DNA of 64,000 bases from Lama glama. Lineage: Eukaryota. Shown in pieces: positions 42,301 to 55,491 of the stretch. Below the pieces are notes generated by a model. The model was given only the letters and a program-made list of their open reading frames with translations, was not told where the DNA came from and searched no databases. The translations under genes were made by a program, and so were the position numbers. The stretch is taken from assembly GCA_028534125.1 (NCBI GenBank), contig CM052817.1, forward strand, positions 105,030,001 to 105,094,000, read 5' to 3'. Position 1 is the first letter of the stretch. The number at the start of each line of letters is the position of its first letter.

Positions 42301-45300
42301 TGTGGTGATAATGATAATGATTATTATATTAATTTGGGTGTTGGTGGCATGGGTATATTCATTTGTCCAAACTCATCAAGCATTACAGTTAAAATCTGTG
42401 TATTCAATTTATGTAAATTATATCTAATATGAATAAATTCGTCAATAAAGTATCATTTCCCCTGGTTGGCAATTAATATGTAGAAATAATTTTACATATT
42501 TATTGCTCATAAATTAGAAAAATAGCTAAAAATATAATTCGCACAACAGTAGCCAAGATTTCTTTGGTTCGTGTTTGTTTTTCTACTGTTACAGTATGTG
42601 TACATAGTTCTCCAATAATTCCAAATCCCAACTTAGCAGTTCTTTGCTTTGCTGCGTCTTCTAATTTAGAGCGATGTCACCATCTTCGCCCTTTGATTTG
42701 AGTGTAAGTGGCATGAAGGTGTGGCGGTAAATACATCATGGATCAGTAATTCAGTGATCGTCCCTCATGCCGCCTTCTGGATCAGTGAACCACTCAGCAT
42801 CAATTTCACAATAAATCGCCTTCTGTTCTCTGCTTCATTTCTCACTCTCCGGGCCTCATTTCGTAGACAGCAACAGTAGAAACTAAGCCTATTCCAGCCT
42901 GACACACGTGAAACATACAGAACACATAAGTTATGTCATTTGCAAAGGAGAACCCTCCACAGCTAACCCCCAGTTTAAAAAGGGAGGAAAAACATTCAAT
43001 TCTCTCCTCATAACAGAAGCAGCAGGTGGTTGTTCGGATCCAAGCAGACACCCTTCAAAATCAGCCAGGCCCTTTTGATTTACTGTTCTGCCTTTGATGG
43101 AGGAACTTTAGGGCTTGCCTTCTGTGAACAGGAATACGGGTTTTGTGGTCTAAAGAGAAATCGGAGAAGCATGTCACACAATGGAATTTGTGTCTTTAAT
43201 TGTACTTTGCAATTTCATATCAAACATCTAATAGATATGGAAGCTGCTTTTGATAGTTTTGGTTTTGATGCAAAAAGCTATAAAGAATAAACTGTTTCAT
43301 CATCCTCTCTCTGTCTCAGAAGTGCAGTAACATTATACAAGTTCTTTTGACAGAAGTACAATGGCATGCATGCATTTATAAATCTTTTATTTTGACACAA
43401 ATCTCGAGGGTAAGCATGAATGGTTTTAATTTCATGACATACTTGTTTTCCAGAATCAAAATGCACTTCGAAGCTCTTGGGTTTCACAATTGTGTCTTAG
43501 TTTTCTAGATTAAAGATGACTTATATCAAAGCTTTAATTTTACAAGAAAGTGGAAACCATATCCCAGGGTGAAGTAAACTACCAGCTCCCAGCTGGTTAA
43601 ACAGAGTGAAATAGAGCTCAAATGGCACATTCCAATAGCACATGCCTTCGACTCTCAACACTGGAGCATTTTCTTGTGTGATTCTCTCTGCTTCAGGTTT
43701 TGCTTTTCATATGATATGCTTTGAGCAAATCCAAGCCTCAGCGTAAATCTAGAACTAATTCACTCATGGGAGCTAACATTCTGACCCAGAACACATCTTC
43801 TCTGATGAAGGAGGGGGTGATTATACATGGTTTATGCTGCATGAAATTTAAACAGAGATGCATCTAGAAATGTTCCCTTACAGTTAGGAAAGCTGTTATT
43901 GTATTATTTGTTCAAAGATTCTTTTCTAATCAGAAAACACTTTTACTTTAATTCCTGTCTGAAGACCTTATTCTATCACCAGAGACATGGAGCTTTCAAA
44001 TGTCAGACTTTCATATTTTTGGATACACTTAGCATGGACTTTTACAAATGTTATTCACTTCACCTACACTCACCCCCATAATGCTATTCTCTGATTTTTT
44101 TTATTGTTTTAATTATGATCAGGTAACTCTCCTATATGAAGAGTATATTTATATTGTATATATATGTATGGGCATATATCTCAAATGAATAAAAATTTGA
44201 GGCAAAATTGAGTTTATCTTTTTCTGTATCTTTACCAGTAGAGATGTTTGGGGACAATATTTCTGTCCCCAGAGAAGAATCAGGTCTCAGTCTATGAGTC
44301 AGTGGACCCCCATAAGTATCATATCTATATATTACATATAATATAATATAATAACATGATGTTTCATATTATAATACTATTACAATGTGATATAATAATA
44401 TATGTGCATATTGTATATACATATATGTTCATATGATGTATGTTTATATTATATATAACAATTATATATAATATAATCAGATGTAAATAAACATAAATAT
44501 ATATATATATAAGTTGTTGACTCTGTTTCTCTGGAAAACCTTAACACAGAAAGTACTGTCAGTTTTATAATTAGTCATTAAAAAATGGATTTGCAATATT
44601 AATACTTCTCTCAAAGCCAACTTTTCTAATCTTCATATTTTTAATAAGATGATTAACATCTCACACCAGTAAGTATTACATTATTTTTATTTGAGCGATT
44701 CATGTGACCTGCAACTTGATTTAAACTAAAAGGTTAAAGCCAATATTAAAAACTAAGGTGTTTGTGTAGACTCCTCCTTGGTTCTTAAATGGCTTTGCTC
44801 CCTTCTTTTTCATTTCTCTCCACCTCAGATTAGAAAGGAGCTTTTTTGCCTGTCACCCTGGGACTCAAGAAGCAGGAGTTTTCTATGAGAAAATTGCACT
44901 GAGCCATGTGGGCTTTCCAGATTTCTCTGTATGACATACAAATGGGGATTTTAGAAGGGTCGGGGGAAATCAACCCCTCACGCCTGCAGTGGAGAATGTT
45001 TGATACATCTAAAGGGCAGGGTCAAGACAGTAGTAATACCAGTGTTGCAGAGATGTCTTTAGATCTTGCTCTGAAGATGTGAGGGAAACACGTGAAAACT
45101 GAAACTTATTTCACTGAGTTTTGAAGAAAACTTATTATATACAGAGACTTTTGAAGGATTTAATGTAGCTATAGGGTGAAAAATCACCCAATTTTATTCT
45201 GATAAGATAAAAAATGCAATATCTACTGCAATTAACATTTTCAAGAGGGCCACGTGCACAGCTAATAGCTCATCGAGCCTCCGGCATTTGCACAAGTAAT

Positions 45301-46347
45301 GGCTTACTTTGCCCAAGTCATCATGTCCTGCCTTGCCATTGCTGTTAACCCCATTAATTGCCTATTTGGCTGTTTCACTTTGTACAGATGTCACAGCAGT
45401 AATTAGCTCTTCTGCCCATTTTCCTCCATAACTGTCCCATTTTATTCCTTTAATTCTGATTTGCTGTTTTAGGACGATCCCATTTTGCCCAAGTCATATT
45501 CCTCTATTTAGTTCATCATAATTGATTAGATAAACACAGGTTGAATTGATTTTTTTTTCATATTTCTTGCTACTAACCCCCATATCTCCATGAGGCTTCA
45601 TGCAACATCATTATTCAAAGATTGTTTCCCATTCTGGATTCCCAAAGGAAGCCCACTGAATCAAAGAAATCCAGTATCAGAAGAGTCATTAAGAGTATAT
45701 CATTCATATTACTGGTCTGATACTCAGCACTGTCTATATAATTTGTGGAATTCAGTGCTAAGTGAAAAGGTGGAGTTTCTTGTCCAAAAAAATTAAGAAT
45801 TTAAAGACAGTGACTGCAGAGTATTAAGCTAATTCCTAGGGCCTTGACAGACAGGCAGCCCTCCGCAGCTGGCCAGTATATAGGCAGAAAGCCAGACTGG
45901 ATTCCCCCCATATCAACTTTACCAAGTGGTTATTGGGTCTCTGTTTACAAACTTTCAGAGACAGAAAACTCACTGCTTCACAAAGCCAACCATCCTCATT
46001 CAGCAGTTGTGTCTGTTAGAAAGAAAGTTCTTCCTTATACTTTTAAAATAAGGGTTCAGGGGTATGATGACTCATCTCTACTTACTGATGTTTTTTAAAT
46101 TATTGCTGTTCATTATTGATTTTTCACATTTTCCCCTCACATCCAGTGTTTTATGATGTATCTTTGCTTAGGTAACTAGATATGTTGTTTTCAAGTGTCC
46201 AGCCTTACTGAAAATGTCAGTCTTACTGATATCTTCACATTCATGTGTTTGGCCACTACTGAGATTAATCACATCAGTTTAGGCACTTAAAAATTACATT
46301 CAGTTTCCATGTTCTTGTTCATCATGTTATGTATACTTAGCATGATC

Positions 46348-46920
46348 TGAAAAGACATATGCAGCTCAATGTTTACTGCAACACTGTTCTCAATAACCAA
46401 GATATGGAAGCAACCTGTGTCCATAAATAAATATATATATATAATATATATATATATATAATATATATAATGGAATATTACTCAGCCACAAAAAAGAATG
46501 AAATATTGCCATTTGTGACAACATGGATAAACCTATTATGCAAAGTGAAATAGGTCAGACAGAGAATTCCATATTATTCCACTTGTATGTGGAATCTAAA
46601 AATCAAAACAAGCAAACATAATAAAACAAAAGCAGACTTATAGATATAGAGGAAAAAACTTAGGCTACCAGAGGGGAGGGGATGGGGAATTGGGCAAAAT
46701 ATGTGAAGGGGATTGAGAGGTACAAACTTCCAGTTATGAAATAAATAAGTCACAGAGATGCAATGTACATCACATGAAATATAGTCAGTAATATTGTGAT
46801 AACTTTGTATGGTGACAGATGGTAAGTAGACTTACCATGGTGATGTATAAAAAATGTAATCAATATTTTGTAAACCTGAAATGAAGGTAATATTGTAAGT
46901 CAATTATACTTCAATAAAAA
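46348..46920 (+). mobile_element. L1 ORF2 end plus 3'UTR
   Basis: CCAAGATATGGAAGCAACC...TGGAATATTACTCAGCCA...GTACAAACTTCCAGTTAT...AATAAA. Confidence 0.88.
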
Positions 46921-49278
46921 TTGATTCTTAAAAATAATGAAAGCCTCTAAATTTTGTGATCACAAGTAGAGTAAGCTAAGTGACTACTGATGCTTACATA
47001 CATACAAACTTGAGTGAAACTGTTTTTGTTCCATTTTGCAGAAACCCATTACTTAAAGAAAAGATATATGTATTTTTCTGATTGAAGGATAATTTAAGTA
47101 TATATTTTAAAGGGACTCATGACCTACTGAGGCACCATCATATTTTTTTAAATGGTCATAGATAGTAACATTGAGAATTTGTTACTTAACCCCTTATTAA
47201 AACATAACATACTGAAATCACTGAATTCAAATAATTTTTACATACTTCCACTTTCACAAATTGTCATGGGAGATGTGGCTACAATTTTAGTTTTGAATCT
47301 TATTTACCAAAAATAGATATGTATTTTACTTTATAATATTGTGTTTTAATTAAAATATTACTTCAGTGTTATGATTCTGTATAATTTAAACTTACTAATT
47401 GAAAGTAAGGTACTTTTCACCAATATATTCTAAGTATAAATTAATTTTAAACTTTCAAAAAATCTTTGCTACTATGGTTATCAGAACAATCAGTTTTGTA
47501 CTATTTTGATAAGTCCTATGTAGACCTTCAAATGGATTTATTTTTCTCATATTATATAATGACTGATCATATTCTGGCTTTTATAGTAGGTAATTTACTT
47601 AAATTAAATATTTCAATGCCAGATTTTGAAATGATGATTCATTATATTTTTCTCATAGATTATAGGAAATATTTTGTCAGTTATAAATTAATAAATATGT
47701 AATTTTATTTCTTATAGTATTTATATAGATATCATTGATCCAACATTTATTGAGTTTTTTGTATGTTCCTGGGAGAGACTAAGTATTGAATATATATATA
47801 CACACACATATATTCTGATTTAAACATAAACAGATAGCAGAATATGTTAGTGCTACTGAAGATAACTTACTGAAATTCTGCAGAAGCAAGAGTGGAACAA
47901 CTTTCTGTGTGGGTAAGTCAAGGGAGAATGCAGAAGTGATATTTAAATTGAGCTTAAAAAAATGACTTCGACTGGAAGGAGATACGGAAGTTTGTATACA
48001 CCAAGTGAAAGCAACAGCATTAAATCTATTTGTTCGCTCCGTCAAGAAATAGTTACTGAGTATCGGCCACATTCCAGGCACCCAGGAAGCAACGTGTTGC
48101 ACCGAGGGCTGGCATGTGCCGAAAAGTCAAGGAAGGTCATGTAGTAGGAGCAATGAAGTTGGGGGCTGGGTCTAAAAGGTGTTGGTTTAAGATGACCATG
48201 TGTAACAGGTTGAGGATAGATCTTGTCAAGGTATGGAATTTGGATTCTATATGGTATATAATAAAGTTCTTCAGCAGCTGGGTGGCATGGACCATTTTCC
48301 TTTCAGAAAGATAACTGAGAGCTCTGTAGAGGGTAAACTAGAGTAAGGGAGAAATGGGGTGTCAGTTAAGAAAGTTGATGAGGCGATCATTATAATCATC
48401 CAGGGGAGAAATGTTGAGGATCCAGACGTAGGTTGTGACAGGTGGATGCAGAGAGTAGGCTAAATTTGGAAGACACGTGTGAGGGAGGATTGGCAGCGTT
48501 TGGCGACAGAGCATTTTACTGCCAATCACAGTCAAAGTGCTTTATTGTGAGAAACCCCTAATATAAAAACATGTGCACTATAACCATGTATACGTGGTCT
48601 TGATTTAGTAATTATTTTGTTGTGTTTGATCATTTTTGTATAGCTCAAGATTGAAGAGAATGTGGGTTGACAATATTGATAATGGAAATCAGAAGCATTA
48701 ATATATGCAAAACAGGAATTTCAGAATCTATGCAGAAGTCAACTCTTTCAGTTTTCAAGAGGAGACAAGTCCAGAAACGTACGTCCAGTGGCAAGCCCAG
48801 GTGTCCTGCTGTTGATTCAAGGCATCAAAGTTTGGCTGAAGTCATTTCATCATATAATTTAAGTATATTCATATTTTTGGGGAGTAATCCTTATTCCTAA
48901 TTTGTTAGTACCTGGAACCCAACACTTTCAATTGTTCTACATGATAGGCTTGTGGTAAATAGTTGATAAGTAAAGACATGCTTCAGAGAAAATCAAAGTG
49001 AATTCTGAGTGTCTCATTTCACTTTATTTTCATTTACTCTACTGTTTTTGAGGGGCTGTAGGGATGTGATCAGTCCCCATTGTGGTACATTATGAAAGAA
49101 ACTGAATTATGCCATTCTTAGATTTTTACCTAAATTTCTCATTGCTTTTCTTTTCCCCACAAAACCTTCAAAATCTCCTTTGTTTATTATGCACTTTTCT
49201 TTTAGGTGTTGATTTATTTTGTTGCATTATTGTCTGGTTTTCAACTTTTGTTCAATAGGAGGGTAAAATCTAAGAATG

Positions 49279-49860
49279 ACAAGACATGGAAACAACTTAA
49301 ATGTCCATCGACAGATGACTGGATAAAGAAGCTGTGGTATATTTATACAATGGAATACTACTCAGCCATTAAGAAGAATAAAATAATGCTATTTGCAGTA
49401 ACATGGTCGAACCTAAAGATTGTCATTCTAACTGAAGTGAGCCAGAAAGAGAAAGAAAAATACCATATGACATCACTCATATGTGGAATCTAAAAAAAAA
49501 AGAAAAAGAAAAGGACACTATGAACTATTCTACAAAACAGAAATAGACTCACATAGTAAACAATCTTATGGTTACTGGGGAAAGGGAGTGGGAAGGGATA
49601 CATTTGGGAGTTTGAGATTTGCAAATATTAGCTACTATATATAAAAATAGATTAAAAGAAAAAAACAAGTTTCTTCTGTATACTACAGGGAACTATATTC
49701 AATATCTCATAATAAGCTTTAATAAAAAATATGAAAATGAATATATGTATGTATATGCATAACTGGGACATTGTGCTGTACACCAGCAATTGACACATTG
49801 TAACTGACTATACTTCAATTCAAAAAAGAATAATAAAAAATAAAATTTAATTAAAAAAAG
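49279..49860 (+). mobile_element. Younger L1 ORF2 C-terminus plus 3'UTR
   Basis: Translates KTWKQLKCPSTDDWIKKLWYIYTMEYYSAIKKN...SLICGI*, the L1 ORF2p C-terminus; A-rich tail. Confidence 0.93.
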
Positions 49861-52800
49861 AAACTTAAAACTTACACACACCTCTAGAAAGGGATCAGAA
49901 TAGGATGATGTTTGCAATGACATCTAAGAAGTAAGATTGGGCTGTATCCATTTTGATTTTGTTCTAACTCTTAAATACAATGAATGTGCTTACAATTCTA
50001 TAAAATAAGTAGTTTTAATTTTTAGAGGAGAATAAAGAAAAAAAGCGAGGAACAGATACATTTAAATAATACTTTTGAATGAAGGTAACTTCAGATGAAG
50101 AAAACTTTTTCCCCAATTTTTAGGGAAACATCTTCAGGTTTTGACATAGGCAAAACAGAATGAAATATTCATGAGAATGGGGAAAATATACCCACGCGAT
50201 GTATCAACACTGACTACAGGAATCCCTCTGGTGGCCATGGTAGCCAACAGGCTAAAGGGTATTTTGGTGTCTACAATGCCTGTTCTGCTGTCTGAGTGAG
50301 TTCGTACAGAAGCAGAGCATCCTCTCTGGCTCTGTCTGAGTGCCCTCCAGTGGGTAATCCAGATCTGCTCTGCCCTCCCTTGAGTTCAGGACAGAATGAC
50401 AAATGAGCCAGTGTGACCAGACTTCAGAGATGGCCCTCCTGGAATCTGGGAGGTTTTCAATATACCAATATTCCTGCCTGGTGGTGGCTGGACTGCTTTG
50501 ATAACAAAATTAATTTGGCCTGTAGAGAAGGTCTGTTTTGTTGGGGAAAGTATTTCACCGAGGTGATTCCCCCTCCAGTTCTTCACTTATGAACAAAATA
50601 CCAATAGAGATGGAAAATAAAAGTCACAAAATGACTTGTGATTTCCTGAAGGAGGCACTTAAGGCAACTGGAGGATTCTTAAAAAATAAGATTTTAATTA
50701 ATGGCCTCCATGGAAGAACTCTGCATTGAAAAGGAATTATAAAATTACTCCATATTTGGACATTTGATGAAAGCATATAAACAGCGAGAGTCTAGACGAT
50801 GTCATGAATGTTTAATGTATATTCTATTCCATTTCTATCTCGTCATTTTCTTTAATTTTTAAAAGTACACACTTATTTATTCAAGTACTTTGTTTTCAAA
50901 ACATGAAAGAAAGATTGCAAATGCGTGTGTCTGGGGGGAAAGAGAAACCATAATGTTGCAGATTACATTGTTAGACAAATTCCCAGAAGATGCAGAGAGA
51001 ACATTAAAGTTAAGAAACATGTAGTGTATCTGTTGAAAGAAAGAGCAAAATTCACTGAAGGAAAAGTGAACCGTGTGTGACTCTACATTGTTTGCTCACG
51101 TATCTCCTTGTGAACACAGGCAGACTCGGAAGTCTACTTTTAACATTACATTTGGTCGTGTTTTTAGGCTTTATAGACTTTTGACAGATGGAATCACAAA
51201 TTTATTGATTTAATATTCTCCAACCTAAAACACTCCAGATGCAGAGGGAACGTAATAAGGGTTTCTGGCATAGTCAGGATTAGTTATGATATAGTTCAAC
51301 ATTTTTAGTCTCAGGTTCATTTTGGACCTCAAAATATTGTCATGGTCTGTTATAAAAGGATCTAAATTAATTTGAGGAAAGTCTCATCTGCCTATATGCA
51401 AATTTGGGAAGGGTGTTTCTAATTGATGTACCAAATTCCGTGCAGTGTAACTAAATTGCTACAGGAGATTTAAAGCAATTAGCTGAGCAATCTGGTCAAG
51501 ACAAAGTTATAATTAACAAATATTTATGGAGTGTCCACTGAGTGCCTGTCTTTATATTAGTTGCTATAAATCTGTTTACGTTTCTGGAAGTAGATCTGAT
51601 GGTGAGGTTTGAGACGGAAGAGAGCTAAGTGTAGGGGGCAAAATTCTCATCAAGGAAGGATTTAGGGTCTAAGACAACAGAAAAGATAATCTAGCAATTT
51701 ACAAAGAGAAATTCTTATTTATATTTCGATTCACTCTATCTCCTAGTAATTCCAAAATAGGGCATGTGCTTAAAAGCAACTTTTAAGAAGTCAAATTATA
51801 ATATTTTTCTATTTTAAGGTAGATTTTCACATTCTGTAGGCACATTTAATTATGTTTAGAATGAGCAAATTAATTTTGGGGTGAGATAGTCTAAAGAATG
51901 AAGAGAAAAAGAAGAAAAATCTAAGGTGATGTATGTTCTGATTCAGAAGGCTTATATGTCATTTTTATTTATGGCAGAGAAAAAACCTTGGGCAGAGATA
52001 ATCACTTTTTTTCTTCAAGCATTTGCCTTATACATAGATTTCTAAAATAAAATCTTACATCTACTGCTTTTTTTTTGCCTTAAAAACTTTTTAAAATCTA
52101 CATTTCATAGCATGACCCATTTATTGCAATGTACACAGCTGTTGCTAAGAGACCATGTGAGGATGTGCTGTGATGGTTTCTATTCCACTCCATCCTATTT
52201 ATTTCATTTAAAAGTGCAAAATTACAGTGCATGTATTTCACTACCCACTGATGAGTTGCGACACACAGTGTGTAAATGACTTTTCTAGAATTTGGAGGAG
52301 AGGAAGCAAAAAAGAATAAATAAAAAAACAGAAAATGGAAATTAAGTAGCAGGTACATGGGTCTGAACTTCAAATACACAGTAGAGGTTTTGTTCTTGTA
52401 ATCCTAGGAGTTGCATTTAATTGTTGATTATTTTCTAAAAGATCTTCATGGTAACCAACCACCTGTGACGCTGACTTCAATAAGATGTTTCCAGATAGTT
52501 TGTAAGCACGGCATCTCTGCTGTCGTGACCTGCATTTTACTTCTCTTCCTGACGCCAGGTTAGCTGAGACTAAGAAGATGTAAGGCAAGTTTGTGCTTCT
52601 CTGTATGTTAATGTCGGCTGTGCCATTGGAGAGAGTACCCACGATTGTTCGGCAGAAAACAGCAAACAGTTCTTCCGGTGTGTGGATCAGGCTGGTATTT
52701 CAGAGCGGAGCTCCTTAGCACCCATCATTTAACGGCAGCTCAATTTTTAATCCAAAAAGATGAAGAAAATGTATCAAAATATTGCCAATAAAACACTTGA

Positions 52801-53702
52801 ATATATTCAGCACTATCACATTAATACTGTTATTTTTTCTTTTAGTATATGTCTAGCTATATCTATAAGTGTGTCTATATACACATATCTTTCATTGTGT
52901 AATAAATTAAATGACTATAGGAACCAACTATAAAATGTAATTAAGTGCAACCCTTTGAAAGTTGAGTTGAAAAATACACGTAGGAACTATGGCAACCTGA
53001 TCTAGACTGTCTGTCTTGAACTCCAATTTATTGTGAGTAATACTGAAGGGGAAAAGCAGGTCCAGAGTTTTGAGAGCCTCTTAATTTTTCAAGAGAATCC
53101 ACAAATCTGAATGTGAAAATTTCAGTCTTGAAAACTAAAGAGAAATCTCAGTCGCTCAGGTCCCCACTTCTGTGGAAAAGAGGGAAGTAATTAGCCAGCC
53201 TCTATGCTGTACTCTGAAAGGATGTGAAACACGATCCCATTAGAATGATCAGTTGCAATAGAAGTTGTAACTGTATCTGTGTTTTTTTTAATGTTTGCTT
53301 TTTCATAATTAAAATTGCTTTTCATTCTAAGATATTTTCCTTGTCATTTTTTTCCATATTTGTTCCTGGGTGGGGGTAGCTTTAATTAATGTTGGACCAC
53401 ACAGTTCTATGTTAAATCAGCATGAAGCACACAGTGATAGATAATTATAAAATAATAGGTAGTGTCATCTTTTACATCATCTAAAATGGCAGCATTTTTT
53501 TAAGCATGATGGAGAGAAAGGGATGGAAAGTTTAATGGAGAGGGTTAAAGAAGTCTTTAAAGAGCTATGACTGTTCAAAAGGCAGATTAATCAAAAATCT
53601 TTATATTATCTTTTTTCTAGAGCGTTCACTAAAATTATGATGATTGTAGAAGTTAATTTTGGCTTTACCAAGACACCATAAAAGACACCATAATTGTGGT
53701 GA

Positions 53703-53842
53703 AATCCCAGAAGCAGTTACGTTTAAATCTAGTGAGAATTGCCTTTTCATTTTTCTTGTCAGCCTTGAAGAATGTAGATACACAGTCAGAAATCAAGTTG
53801 AGTTATAAAAAAATGTTATTGTATATCTTTGTCAGAGTTTGC
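53703..53842 (+). repeat. 140-bp direct repeat, copy 1
   Basis: Collinear with 55352-55491; shares AATCCCAGAAGCAG, CTTTTCATTTTTCTTGTCAGCC and AGTCAGAAATCAAGTTGAGTTATA. Confidence 0.93.
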
Positions 53843-53869
53843 CTAACCTTAACCTTAACCCTAACCTTA
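53842..53869 (+). repeat. Short telomere-like (CCYTAA)n tract
   Basis: CCTAA CCTTAA CCTTAA CCCTAA CCTTA. Confidence 0.75.
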
Positions 53870-55351
53870 TTTTTGTTGGTTTGTGCTAGTTGTTTTCATT
53901 TCTTATTTTGTTACGATCGTAAGAATGCACAAAATGAAAGAATGAGAGAGGCTGTATCAGGGGAATAAAAATTTCTGGACGAAATATGTTTAGGGAAGGT
54001 AAAGATTCTAGAAGAGTAAACTGGATGGAGCAAGAGACAGGAAGCCATAGCCTGGTATGTGGAAAAGTTCACGTGTGTAACGGGAACTAATCTCCACTGA
54101 ACCACAGAGAAGCTCAGCACTTAAATGTTGTATGTGTTGGAAGAAAGAAATGAAAACTGAGACAGAAGCTAGATTGCTTAACTGAGGGCATCACTTGGCA
54201 CCTCCAACTCCGTCCTCCTGAGCATGTAGACTGCCCAGCAAGGAGTAGACTCCACCCCCAAGAACACAATTTCTCCACTGAAATAACGAACAGGGATGAT
54301 ATAAATCTGTTGAGAGGAAGCAGAAAGAGGAGACAGAGGGGTTTGGAGCCCTAAATCCATAAAAAAAAAAAAGCTGCATAAACATGTTAGAGTTTGGGTG
54401 TAATTGCCAGAAAAAGCAAATTTAAGAGACTGCAGCAGGGAAGTAGGGCTTGGGGGTCAGTGTCAGAAGAACAAGGGCTTCTGTTGCTTTTCACTATATA
54501 AACAACCTTTGTACTTACCTGACTTTTTAAATATGTGCATATATAATTTTGATTAAAAAATTTTAAAAAACCTCACTTCAATACGAAACAGTAAAGAAAA
54601 CTGTAGATACCATTGATTAGAGCCCATTTGGGTGAAATCATGCAGCTGAATAAGAATGTCCAGAAAAAAGCAGTGGAGTCAGCAAAATATGCTAGAGATT
54701 TTATTTTGGTATCCACCTATTTTTAAACACTTTGGAGCATTTTAGCTAGATTGTCTACGATATCACCATAAGCAAGATACTAACTACTGTGTGCAGATGG
54801 ATAATATTTTGCTTTTTTTTTTTTTCCTCTTGGTATGTTTTTCCAATCACCATTCAGTAAAACACAGGAATGCTGACACTGTACCTATTAGCTCCTGGTA
54901 TGTTTGTGATGCACTGATCAGAGAGTGCAGGGGTACACGTGTCTTTTCTGGTGTTTGATCCATTAGGAGATTGGGCACAGCCAGGAAAGTATTGTGGTTT
55001 TGGGAAAAGCAGATTCCCCATAAGAGTAAAAGATCTCCTCAAGTGAGAGAAGGAGAAGCGTGGGTGGATGGAGAGAGAGAAGAGAAGCCGCCTGGCCACA
55101 GACAGGCCAGCATCACTTCCAAGAGGAAGCAAGACCCTTGTGTGGTACCCAGGCATGTGGGACCACATGCAGACTTACAAAGATCAAGATTCTGTGTCCC
55201 AAGTATGCTATGGGAGTATTCTAGAATAATCGGACCAGAAATACAAATGCATGAAAATCAAAACAGAGGTCAGTAACCCACTCCCATCACTACTGCTTAA
55301 GAGTTGAGATTGCAAAAAAAAAAAAAAAAAAAAAGAATGTAATGACAGCAG

Positions 55352-55491
55352 AATCCCAGAAGCAGGTGAGTTTAAGTCTAGTAAACGCTGACTTTTCATT
55401 TTTCTTGTCAGCCCTGAAGAATGTAGACTCATAGTCAGAAATCAAGTTGAGTTATATGGAAATAATGTCGTACATCTTTGTCTGAGTTTGC
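55352..55491 (+). repeat. 140-bp direct repeat, copy 2
   Basis: Collinear with 53703-53842; offset 1649 bp. Confidence 0.93.

Noticed and set aside
44250..44272. 8-bp hairpin TGGGGACA/TGTCCCCA
   Set aside because: A stem this short is expected by chance in 64 kb.
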